Of a DNA stretch of 64,000 bases, positions 48,167-57,699 are shown in pieces. Each line of letters opens with the position of its first letter. Positions within the stretch are counted from its first letter, which is position 1. The stretch spans positions 2,061,450 through 2,125,449 of the forward strand of contig CAWDEM010000008.1 in NCBI GenBank assembly GCA_963801355.1. The letters are read 5' to 3'. The notes under the pieces were generated by a model that worked only from the letters and a program-made list of their open reading frames with translations, did not search any database and was not told the origin of the DNA. Source of the stretch: Ignavibacteriota bacterium. GTDB taxonomy: Bacteria > Bacteroidota > Ignavibacteria > UBA10030 > UBA6906. Made by a program: the position numbers and the translations under genes.

Positions 48167-51100
48167 TTAAAGATTCAATCGGACTCCAAATATGATCCGT
48201 CGCGGATTCAAGAAGATCGGTGCCGTCAGCCACCCGGTCTTGATATGATTGTCGTCGGATGCATATTGGCCCCAGAGGTCGTCTCCTCCCTTGTCCGGGG
48301 TTCGCAAAGAATTCTTGTACTCGCTGTATTGTGTCTGGAGCATGTTGCTGACGGTCAGGAATTTATTGTTGGTGAGATTCTTGACGGTGATGACCAGTTC
48401 CAGCGAGCCATAGGGCGTGGCAAACACCTTTGAGCCGCGGAAGTCTATATTCCAGTAGTTCACCGCATCGACGTAATTCCGCAGCTTGACGTCAGGTTCT
48501 TCCGGATTCAGCAGCACGCGGCCGCCGCTGCGCCAATCAAACAGGAAATTCGCGAAGAGCCCTCCGAGCCCGGGCCAGTTGATGCCCAGGAATTCCGGGC
48601 TGAAATCCGCGGGCGTATGGAGATTGAGGTTGATGTTCGCCCGCGGGCGCGGTTCCGACGTGTAGAGATTCGGCGATCGCAATTCCCTGTCGCGGGCGAG
48701 AAGCCGGTCTTCATAGACCTGCGCAAGTCCCGCCTGGCCCGAGCTGGACACCATGTAGTCGTACATCGCGCTGAAGGTGAAGAACTGCCCCACCGGCCGC
48801 TCGAGGCGCAGTTCGACGCCACGCACATCACCATAGCCATCGGGTTCGTATTCGGCGACAATGTTGTCGCCATAGTAGTTGATGTAGCTCCGGCTCAACG
48901 GCTCGTTCGAGATATCCTTGTAATACGCCGTCACGTTCACGAGGTAGTCGGAAAGGAACATCTGCTCGTAGCCGAACTCGTAGGAGATCGTCCGTCCCAT
49001 TTCAAGCCCGGGGGTAGGCACAACCACCGAGCCCGGGTCTACCTTCATATTGTACATGAAGGCAATCGCGGGACGCTGGTAGAAGTGCCCGTAATTGAAG
49101 TACATTTTGCTGCTCTCGGTGATCGGGAATGATACTCCGAGGCGGGGAGAAATGTGCGCCTGGACCGGATTCGCCGAGCGCGGCCACCCCGGCGGATCCT
49201 CCAGGAGGCCGCGGAACGCGAGCCACCGTTCGTAACTCATCCCGGCCCCCGGCAGATTCTGGTAGATCTCGTTGTAGAAACGCGCATAATCCTCGTCTGC
49301 CGGGAATCCCGCGACAAAACCCTCCTTCATGGGATTGAGATAATCCAGGCGGAGGCCGGCATTCAGGATCATCCCTTCAAATTCAAGTTTGTCCTGAATG
49401 TACGCCCCGATTTCCAGAGGCGTGACATTATAGTATTCCCATGTATCAGGGGTGTAGGCAACCTGCGACTGGAACCATGTTCCGGTGTACACGAAAAGGT
49501 GTTGTAAACGGGCGGAGAAGCCCGCCTCGAACTGATGATGCCGCCCCATCTGGGCGGTGAGGTCGCCTTTGAGCTGATACACCCACGAATGGGAGGAGTC
49601 GACGCGTTGCGGACCGCCGAACATGGTGAACGTATTCAGAGCGTCGTAGCCGTAGTTGGTGGAACCGCTCGGACTTCCGAGGTTCGGCACGTTGTAGCGT
49701 ATATCCCGCTTCAGACGGCTGCTGTAGAATGTGACCCAGGCGTCTGCACGGTTCGTGTCAAGCGAGAATGGCGCAAGACCCTGATCGGTATAGCCGACCT
49801 GGAGATCAACGGTGTAGAAAGCACTCGGCGAGACGGTATGTGTGAACCTGGCTCCACCGACGATGTATCGTTGATCATAGTACTGAAGCCGGCTGAGGTT
49901 GAACAATTGGGGAAAATTCCCTCCGCCCACCAGCGCAGCCTGCTGCCGCACCGCAGTCTCGTTGCTGCCGAGGAATCCAAAACTCGTCGCCTGGTCTATC
50001 AGGGCGCCACCGTAGCTTGACACTCCGCTCGAACTCGAGGTCTGCACCTTCGCGTACAGACCATTGATCGAGAGGCGCATGTTGTCGCTCAACGTACTTG
50101 TCAGTTTCAGCTGACCGTTCCAGTCAACATAGTTATCGCGCGGTCCGATGGGAAAAGCCAGTTGCGAGTTCTCATATTTGAATCCGAGCATGAAGGTGGT
50201 GCGCTCCGCAAACTCGCCAAACAGAAAGTCACCGGGGAACGGACCCGTCAGCGTGCCTTCGATGAAGTAGTCCGGCGAGGCCGCGACCCTGTATTGGGGG
50301 TGCTGCAACCGCCAGAGCTGCAGTTTCTGTGTTGAATCGAGTTCGCGGGGGACCGTCGATGCATCCGCCCAGCCGCGGAAATTACGAAACTCCACCGGGA
50401 TCGTCGTGTCGGATGCGCTCACGCCTTGCATGGCATACTCCCCGGAGTAGATCCGGTAAATCCATGATGCATCGCTCCATGGATCGTCTCCGGGACTGCC
50501 CTTGAAGAACCGTGCTTGCCCTGCAGGTGCCACGTCGGCCTTCAGTGACAGGGTGTAACGTTCACGGTGCCCGTCCTTGGTGACGACGTTCAGCAGACCC
50601 GATCGGATGCCGCCGTACTTCGCCTGGAAACCGCCGGTCAACACCTGGATCTCTTCAATAGCGGTGGAGTTCAATGCCAGATACGAGTTTTCGGTCCGCG
50701 GGTCCTGCAACGAAATGCCATCCATGCGGACTTCCGTCTCGCGTATACCTCCGCCGCGCACGCTGAGCCCGCTCCCCTGTACTCCGCTCACGAGTTCCAC
50801 TCCCTTCAGCCGGCCGACGAATTCGTCCACATGCAGAACCGGCATCTCGGCAAGGCGGGCGGTTCCGATGACCTCCTGTGTCGCTGAGACATCCTGCTTG
50901 ATCGCTTCCCTGGTGGCGGTCACCACGACCTGATCCAGCGCAATGGATGTCGAGGAGATCTGGAAGTTGAGGTTCGTTGTGCGGTCCAGATCGGCTTTCA
51001 CCGCCCGCTGTGCGAGCGGCGTGTAGCCAATCATTCGGGCTTCAACGACATACACACCGGGCGGGACATTGAGAATGAAGTAGTACCCGTCAGCATCCGT

Positions 51101-51321
51101 GATTCCTCCAAGCGGTCTGTCGAGTGGAACATCGGTGCCGTCGGTCAGCATGGAAAGTGCAACGATAACGTTTGCACCCGGCAGCGGCTCCCGGCTTTCA
51201 CGGTCGATCACTCTGCCGGTGATCTTCCCGTTCCCGGCCCAGAGCATCACGGGGAGTAACAGACCCGCGCAAACCATCGCGCCGACACGATAGATATTCT
51301 TCACTGGTATACGGCGTTTCA
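48167..51321 (-). CDS. TonB-dependent outer-membrane receptor with an N-terminal carboxypeptidase-regulatory-like domain (SusC/RagA-like architecture).
   Basis: GKITGRVIDRESREPLPGANVIV is a CarbopepD_reg domain. It is followed by plug and barrel regions and ends in a C-terminal aromatic residue. The start is moved to the internal Met MKRRIPVKNIY, which has a signal peptide. Confidence 0.8.
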
Positions 51322-51613
51322 TAGCGAACCCTCTCGAGGGTTTGTGATCAAATTCCGGATGAAACCTGGCGGTTCGGTTGGGAAGAGCAGATGGAACGGA
51401 GGATGGGCACCTGCACGGTGCATGCATGATTCCCATCATGCCGTGAGGTGAAACACGGGTTGCCGGCTTTCGACTCACGAGATATGGAATACCCATCACT
51501 CGGTTCATGCGTCGCCGCTGGCCCAATGTACGACATGACGCTTCGCTTGTCAAGCTCAAAAATCATCAAAAACGCAAAGAAAACGGGTTAAGATCATCAA
51601 CCAAAAAAAGTTC

Positions 51614-51642
51614 TTGCTTTTTGGCCGGAAACAATGTATGAT
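51614..51642 (+). promoter_or_regulatory. Candidate promoter for csp: TTGCTT-N17-TATGAT, with TG immediately upstream of the -10 element.
   Basis: -35 at 51614-51619 and -10 at 51637-51642. It would give a leader of roughly 160 nt, as is typical for cspA. Confidence 0.35.
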
Positions 51643-51807
51643 TCGTCATCGATCGTACACCGTTGTTGGCCTTGTTGAACTCTTTGAGAGATCGCGACCC
51701 AGGTGCTGCATGACCGAGTTGCGATTTTTCGTTTTTTCAAGCAGACTTCTGGTTGTACTCCCGTGTCCGCCGGTTGCGGACTTTCTTACATCGTAAGGAT
51801 CTGTTCC

Positions 51808-52008
51808 ATGGAAAAAGGGACAGTGAAGTGGTTCAACGGGGCCAAAGGCTTCGGATTCATTCAGCGCGAAACGGGCGAAGATGTTTTCGTCCATTTCAAG
51901 GAAATCGTCGGAGAAGGGTACAAAACCCTTAACGAAGGCGATAAGGTGACTTTCGAAGTTACCCGTGGACCAAAAGGTTTGCAGGCAACGAAGGTGACGA
52001 AAGGCTAA
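51808..52008 (+). CDS. cspA: Cold-shock protein, CspA family (second paralog).
   Basis: [39 protein letters not shown]..., about 88% identical to the csp at 24602-24802. The ORF track start at 51703 is an upstream in-frame Met, but the conserved N-terminus begins at 51808. Confidence 0.95.
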   Translation: MEKGTVKWFNGAKGFGFIQRETGEDVFVHFKEIVGEGYKTLNEGDKVTFEVTRGPKGLQATKVTKG

Positions 52009-52043
52009 CGCCTTTCTAACGATTCGCACGGCTTAGAACCGCG

Positions 52044-52076
52044 AAAGCCCCGCCACTGGCGGGGCTTTCGTTTTTT
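52044..52076 (+). terminator. Rho-independent terminator after csp. It may act in both directions, since the next gene converges on it.
   Basis: An 11-bp stem, AAAGCCCCGCC / GGCGGGGCTTT, with a 3-nt loop, followed by TTTTTT. Confidence 0.7.
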
Positions 52077-52086
52077 CTGCCCTCGA

Positions 52087-54684
52087 TCACCGCAAGAGTA
52101 CCATGGAGCGCGAACTCACAAATCCGCCGGCGACGAGCCGGTATATGTACACTCCGCTCGCGAGACCCGAGGCGTCAAAAGAAACCATATAGTCACCTGC
52201 AGGCCTCTTCTCGTTGACCAGTACCGCCACCTCCCGCCCGAGCATGTCGTATACCTTGAGCGTTATGAATTGTGGATCCACAATTGAAAATTGTATGCTC
52301 GTGCCAGGGTTGAACGGATTCGGGAAATTCTGTTTGAGCGAGTATCCTGCGGGCGCACCTGCCGGCTCGCCGTTCATCGCCGTCACCCCCTCCCCCACAC
52401 TCAAATCGTCAAAATAGACCGTGCCGCTTGTGCGCCCGCCGGGCAGTTGCTTGATGACGAACCCTGCAAACTGCCGCGTGGCAGTCGTGGGAACAGACGC
52501 AATTGATGCTTCAACGAGTTTCCATCCGGTCCAGTCAAGCGTATCGCAATGCACAAACGTCAACGGATAGAACCAGTATTCGAGCGCGTTGCGGCTGTTG
52601 TCACCGAATACCCAGGCGGCAACTTTCGGGCCCGGGTCAACGACCGGCCTGGAGCCGTTGAATTCGCGTACCGTTCCGCCACTGGGTCCGGCAAATTCAT
52701 AGCTTACCTTTCCGCTCCCGGTACCCGACTTCTTAATGGCCGTCTCAATCGCAAATGAGGTGGTGAGCGTCCCCACCGTGCTCCCGCTGGTGCCCGGTTG
52801 CCACCAGCTCCCCATGGCATCCAGTGAATTGATGACCGTCCCGCTGAAGTTCTGATCGGGTCCCGTCGCAAAGGCGATTGTCGGTGCGCTTGAGATGCCG
52901 TTGCCTCCGTAGTCCTTCATTGATGGGAGAACGGACAGCAAATACGCGGACAGAGCCTGCAATGCCGCAGCCGGGCGGAACGTGATCCGTATTCCCGTGC
53001 CCACACTCTGCACCGTTGGCGCCGTCAACGGTATAACATTACCGCCCCCGTCGATCAGACGGAACGTCCCCCCGAGTGTTGTCGGATCCATCGGCTCACT
53101 CACTTCGACTTCAAAAAGAACGGTCGAGCTGACCCCCTCCTGGCCTGCGGCAGGGTACGTGGCTCCCAGAACCGGCGGCACTGTGTCATGTGCCGTGGTT
53201 CTAAACGTAAACACGTACGGCTCACCACCGATACCATCCCCGTTGACATCCAGGCCGGCACCGAAATAGTTGTGTGCGCCGGTGTCAAGTGTAACCGTGT
53301 ATTCCGTATCAAACGCAAGAGGCGATGACGGCGTGAACTGCAATGTGCGATAGGTGTCCTTCCAGCTCACGGTCCCTGCAATGGCCGGAGTGACATGAAA
53401 ACTCTGTTCCGCGCTCATCCGCTCGAGCCGCTGATTGAAGGAGACAGGAATTGCCTCAAAAACCTGCACACGGCCGGCAGGGGGTTGCGACGTCACGCGC
53501 GGGGGTGTCATATCATCGGTCACAATCTGCATCAGGAAATCCCAGTCCCAGTTGATGCCGGGATCCGTGTGGGTGTTGCATGTGGCGAAGTTCGAAGGAT
53601 ATCCGTTGCTGAGCACCCAGTCCACCCATGTACTGTTGAGATACTCGTTATGACCGATGACATGGTTGCGGTCTTTGGAAATGCCGTACTTATCGCAAAG
53701 GTATTTCACCAGCCGTCCGGATGCCAGGTACATCTCGGGGGTCCACCAGGCAGGGTTCGACACAAATCCTTCGTGTTCAATGCCGAACGAATAGCGGTTG
53801 AGGCAGACGGCGTGCCAGGCCCAGTACTGTTCTTCCACCTGTTGCGTGATATCTCCCGCCGGAGCATCGGAGGGAGAGTCCTGCATACCGTTCACGTCAT
53901 AGTGGACACTCGCGTCTGTTCCAGCCTGCTGGAAATAGGAAATGACCCCGAGGTAGTACCCCTCCATGTCGTGAATGACGACAAAATCCCGTTTGTAGCC
54001 CATTGTGTACCAGTGACCGGGATATGCAGGAACCCAGTGAGCAGGGGGATAGTCAGGCTGGGCGGTGCGCTTCTGCAATCCGTTGTTGCTTTCGGCTTCT
54101 GCATAGACGGCCTTGGCATTGGCGCTTACAATCTGCATATCCAGCGTACGGGGCTCAATCCGGATCCCGTATTCATTGTATCCCTTGGCCAGCCGGGAGA
54201 GTATTTCATACGCATGTTGGGCTGCGAGTTCGGGTTGGGGGATACCGCAATAACGGGCGATGGCGGTTTGCCAGCTTTCGAGGGATCCCGGAGCAGTGCC
54301 GGCCGGAAGCGGATACTGTGTGTAGAGGGTCTTGAGATATGCGGCGGCAGCGCGGATATTCTGTACCACATCCCTGCGCACGGTGGTCGGAGTCTCGCCT
54401 ATCAATGCAGCGCTCAGGGGCAAGCTCCGCCCGAAGAACCTGTCATCCCTGAGTGCCATGATGCCGTAAGACCGCGGCAATCCGACACAACTTGCCGTAT
54501 CGCCATCGGCCCATTCCAGGTGTTCCCAGCGTGTCTCCGCAAATGCAATGCCTTTGAGCACATCGGCCGGTACTCCGAATTCCCGTCCCGCCGACTCAAA
54601 TGCCGAGAGAATTTCTGGCTGTGATAGGTCCTGAGCTAATGCTGTCGCCCCAGATAGAAGCAACACACAAAGAAATCGCGTCAT
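52087..54684 (-). CDS. Secreted N-acetylmuramoyl-L-alanine amidase (Amidase_2/PGRP domain) with Ig-like domains and a C-terminal T9SS sorting domain.
   Basis: Signal peptide MTRFLCVLLLSGATALAQ. Amidase_2 region VVIHDMEGYY...SVHYDV...GHNE. C-terminus NFPNPFNPGTSIQFS...VYDMLGREVAVLVN...GVYIYRL. Confidence 0.8.
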   Translation of the reverse strand: MTRFLCVLLLSGATALAQDLSQPEILSAFESAGREFGVPADVLKGIAFAETRWEHLEWADGDTASCVGLPRSYGIMALRDDRFFGRSLPLSAALIGETPTTVRRDVVQNIRAAAAYLKTLYTQYPLPAGTAPGSLESWQTAIARYCGIPQPELAAQHAYEILSRLAKGYNEYGIRIEPRTLDMQIVSANAKAVYAEAESNNGLQKRTAQPDYPPAHWVPAYPGHWYTMGYKRDFVVIHDMEGYYLGVISYFQQAGTDASVHYDVNGMQDSPSDAPAGDITQQVEEQYWAWHAVCLNRYSFGIEHEGFVSNPAWWTPEMYLASGRLVKYLCDKYGISKDRNHVIGHNEYLNSTWVDWVLSNGYPSNFATCNTHTDPGINWDWDFLMQIVTDDMTPPRVTSQPPAGRVQVFEAIPVSFNQRLERMSAEQSFHVTPAIAGTVSWKDTYRTLQFTPSSPLAFDTEYTVTLDTGAHNYFGAGLDVNGDGIGGEPYVFTFRTTAHDTVPPVLGATYPAAGQEGVSSTVLFEVEVSEPMDPTTLGGTFRLIDGGGNVIPLTAPTVQSVGTGIRITFRPAAALQALSAYLLSVLPSMKDYGGNGISSAPTIAFATGPDQNFSGTVINSLDAMGSWWQPGTSGSTVGTLTTSFAIETAIKKSGTGSGKVSYEFAGPSGGTVREFNGSRPVVDPGPKVAAWVFGDNSRNALEYWFYPLTFVHCDTLDWTGWKLVEASIASVPTTATRQFAGFVIKQLPGGRTSGTVYFDDLSVGEGVTAMNGEPAGAPAGYSLKQNFPNPFNPGTSIQFSIVDPQFITLKVYDMLGREVAVLVNEKRPAGDYMVSFDASGLASGVYIYRLVAGGFVSSRSMVLLR

Positions 54685-54838
54685 ATCATCCCGTCTGTAT
54701 GGAACCCGATGCGTACTGATAACTTAGAGATTCAGCGGGTGAGAATCAACGCGAGGGGCAACAGGCCTGCAACGGGGCGCGAGTGATGGGCACAGCCAAG
54801 GGGGCGACCGGAATGAATCTGAAAACTGCACGAGCATA

Positions 54839-56134
54839 CTACCGGTACGCCGGCGCAATGTCAGCAGACGGGAAGTAGTGGTGCAAGATTTGTTCGGCCG
54901 TACGACCGGCCAACGCCATCCCCACGGCTCCCGATTGACACATCCCCACACCATGCCCCCACCCCGCGCCGGTGACGACGAACCGGTCGGGTCGCGTGAG
55001 AGGACCCACCGGATCCAGCACGACACAGGAGCTGCGGAGCGGAGGTGTCCAGACTTGCCGGAATTCCAGTTCTGTTGAAACTCGGAATTGCCCCTCTTCC
55101 CCCACAAACAGAGCGCTGAGGATGCGGCCGGAATGACCCCGGCGCACGGAATCGATCCGGACAATGCGGCCCACACGCAATCTTCCGCCTGCGAGTCCGA
55201 GTGAGTCGGCCGGGGTGTTCACCTTCCACCTCCAGTATCTCCGGCTCCAGTCGGGGAGGCCGGGGCGGGACTGCGGATTGCAGTACGTCGGGGGATCAGC
55301 TTCCAGCCAACGCCGCAGGTGTGTTTCATTCTCAAGAGAATCAACCCTCAGGGAGTCGGCGTCGGGGCGCGCACCCCAGTACGCACGCGGACCACTTCGC
55401 CATGGCCAGACGTTTTCTATGCTCTCGGAGTATCCTCCGCAGTTTGAAGCGAAGTACGCGTTGATCGGCACGCCTCCCGATTGAAGGATGAGACCGCGAG
55501 TCGTCCGGATCGCGCGGTCAATCTCTTTCGTTATTCGCGACGTTCCTCCGAACACCTGACAGTCCACGTCACCGCAGATGTCGTACCCATTGCCGGCGTA
55601 CATCCGGTTCCGCCTGGCTGCCATGACTTCGGACCGGGCTGCGATTGCCTGTGCGCGTAGAGCCTCAACCGGCGCGGTCCCGATCTCAAATGGCACTACA
55701 CCCCGCAGGTATCGTTCAACAGGAAGAGAGACAACCACGCTCAACATCCCTCCCGGTGCAGCCCGCACGCTGATTGTCCCTTCGTACCGCCTGTCTTCCT
55801 TTCCCTCCCACCACCATCCGACGCCGTACGGGACATTTCGGACAAGGAACAGTCCGGTATCACGCACTGCGGTCATGACCAGAAGCGAATCCTCAATATG
55901 CACATCGCCGTACACTAGACCTACGCGTGTCCCGTGCCGCTCGATGATAGCCTGTTTGCCACCGGCAAGCAGCAGTCGTTTCTCCGCCCGGACGCGCCAT
56001 GGGCCGGCCGGCTCAATTGCCACACGATCGAGTGTGGAGATAATTTGCACTCTGATGAGCGGCTCTTTGGCATCCGACGTGAGAAAGCCCAAAAACAGCA
56101 AAAACACTGTGATGCAGAACGGAAAGGACTTCAT
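54839..56134 (-). CDS. SpoIID/LytB-domain protein (peptidoglycan lytic/amidase-enhancer family).
   Basis: A SpoIID-like region AARRNRMYAGNGYDICGDVDCQVFGG, with a signal peptide. Confidence 0.7.
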   Translation of the reverse strand: MKSFPFCITVFLLFLGFLTSDAKEPLIRVQIISTLDRVAIEPAGPWRVRAEKRLLLAGGKQAIIERHGTRVGLVYGDVHIEDSLLVMTAVRDTGLFLVRNVPYGVGWWWEGKEDRRYEGTISVRAAPGGMLSVVVSLPVERYLRGVVPFEIGTAPVEALRAQAIAARSEVMAARRNRMYAGNGYDICGDVDCQVFGGTSRITKEIDRAIRTTRGLILQSGGVPINAYFASNCGGYSESIENVWPWRSGPRAYWGARPDADSLRVDSLENETHLRRWLEADPPTYCNPQSRPGLPDWSRRYWRWKVNTPADSLGLAGGRLRVGRIVRIDSVRRGHSGRILSALFVGEEGQFRVSTELEFRQVWTPPLRSSCVVLDPVGPLTRPDRFVVTGAGWGHGVGMCQSGAVGMALAGRTAEQILHHYFPSADIAPAYR

Positions 56135-56210
56135 GTAATTCCCTGAGAAAAATGCCAGAGAAAAAAGTCAGAGAAAAAACCCTGGGAAAAAAGCCAGGCT
56201 TCACCGCACT

Positions 56211-57683
56211 TCACTGGAGGCACGCCAGCCACCTGCCGTACGCATCGGCGGTGGCTTCGCGGTCCCCTCGCGCCGGCACGACTTCCTCGATCTTCCGGAG
56301 CGACGCAAATGCCTCACGGGGCGAAGGGAATATGCCGGCTCCGACGGCAGCACCGCGTGCCGCTCCCTGCGCCCCGTCGGTGTCAAAGAGTTCAATGGTC
56401 GCATCGGCGATATTGGCCAGCGTCTGCCGGAAGATGGGACTCAGGAACATGTTGGAGTGTCCGGCCCTGATGACCCGGAGGGCCAATCCCATTTCTTTCA
56501 TAATGTCAATACCGTACCTGAACGAAAAGGCGATTCCCTCTTGAGCCGCCCGGTAAAGGTGAACACGCGAATGTCGATTGAAATCGATGCCATAGATCTG
56601 ACAGCCGATTTCCCGGTCCTCCAGTATACGTTCGGCGCCGTTGCCGAACGGCAAGACCGTGACTCCGTCGCAGCCAATATTCACGCCTGCCGCTGCGTCA
56701 TTGATCTCAGCATAGCTCAAGCCTTCCGCGACATTCCTGCGGAGCCAGGAATTCAGAATGCCTGTTCCGTTGATACAGAGCAGAACTCCAAGGCGCGGCT
56801 GGCCGGCCGTATGGTTGACGTGCGCAAACGGGTTGACGCGTGATTTCCCGTCATAGGCCACGCGGCCAATCACCCCGTAGACCACCCCTGACGTTCCGGC
56901 GGTAGCGGCAGCCTCCCCCGGGTTCAGGACGTTCAAGGAGAAGGCATTATTCGGTTGATCCCCCGCACGATACGTCACAACAGTCCCCTCCCGCAATCCA
57001 AGCTGTTCTGCAGCCACCTTCGTGAGCTGTCCCTGGTCGCCGAAGGTGGGGCGGATATCCGGCAACAGCCGCCTGTCACTGCCAAAATACTCAAGCAGTG
57101 CACCGGAGATCTCGTTCTTCGCGAAGTCCCAGTAGATCCATTCGGACAGTCCTGAGAGCGTCGTCGTGATGTCGCCGGTGAGTTTCATTGCAATGAATTC
57201 GCCGGGCAGCATGGCCTTGTGAATTCTCCCATACACTTCCGGCTCATTCTCCAGCACCCAGCGCAGCTTGGAGGCCGTGAAATTTCCCGGGGAATTGAGA
57301 AGATGCTGCAGGCAGAATTCGCGGCCGAGGGTATCGAAGGCCTTCCGGCCGATTTCCACCGCGCGGCTATCACACCAGATGATCGACGGCCGCAGCACAT
57401 GGTGCTTCTCATCGACGAGCACAAGTCCGTGCATCTGATACGAGATGCCGATCGACCGTATCGCACCCGTGTCGATTCCTTTCTCCCTCACAAGGTTCCG
57501 GGTCAAGGCAACAACGTACGTCCACCATAGTTCCGGATCCTGCTCGGCCCACCCGGCCCTGGGTGCGTCGATGTGCATTTCCTCCGAAGGTAAGGAGCCG
57601 TGGGCAATCACCGTACCGGTTTCACAATCCAGAATTGCACACTTGACCGAGGAGCTGCCGATGTCATAGCCGAGAGAGTACAT
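56211..57683 (-). CDS. xylB: FGGY family carbohydrate kinase, probably xylulokinase.
   Basis: The N-terminal FGGY motif YSLGYDIGSSSVKCAIL and C-terminal FGGY domain motifs. The xylanolytic gene neighbourhood supports the xylulokinase call. Confidence 0.85.
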   Translation of the reverse strand: MYSLGYDIGSSSVKCAILDCETGTVIAHGSLPSEEMHIDAPRAGWAEQDPELWWTYVVALTRNLVREKGIDTGAIRSIGISYQMHGLVLVDEKHHVLRPSIIWCDSRAVEIGRKAFDTLGREFCLQHLLNSPGNFTASKLRWVLENEPEVYGRIHKAMLPGEFIAMKLTGDITTTLSGLSEWIYWDFAKNEISGALLEYFGSDRRLLPDIRPTFGDQGQLTKVAAEQLGLREGTVVTYRAGDQPNNAFSLNVLNPGEAAATAGTSGVVYGVIGRVAYDGKSRVNPFAHVNHTAGQPRLGVLLCINGTGILNSWLRRNVAEGLSYAEINDAAAGVNIGCDGVTVLPFGNGAERILEDREIGCQIYGIDFNRHSRVHLYRAAQEGIAFSFRYGIDIMKEMGLALRVIRAGHSNMFLSPIFRQTLANIADATIELFDTDGAQGAARGAAVGAGIFPSPREAFASLRKIEEVVPARGDREATADAYGRWLACLQ

Positions 57684-57699
57684 GGAATCAGTTCCTTGC

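Noticed and set aside
51703-51807. Upstream in-frame extension of the second csp ORF (the ORF track start at 51703).
   Set aside because: The conserved CspA N-terminus [11 protein letters not shown] begins at 51808, matching the paralog exactly. The extension [35 protein letters not shown] overlaps the conserved leader hairpin and has no ribosome-binding site.
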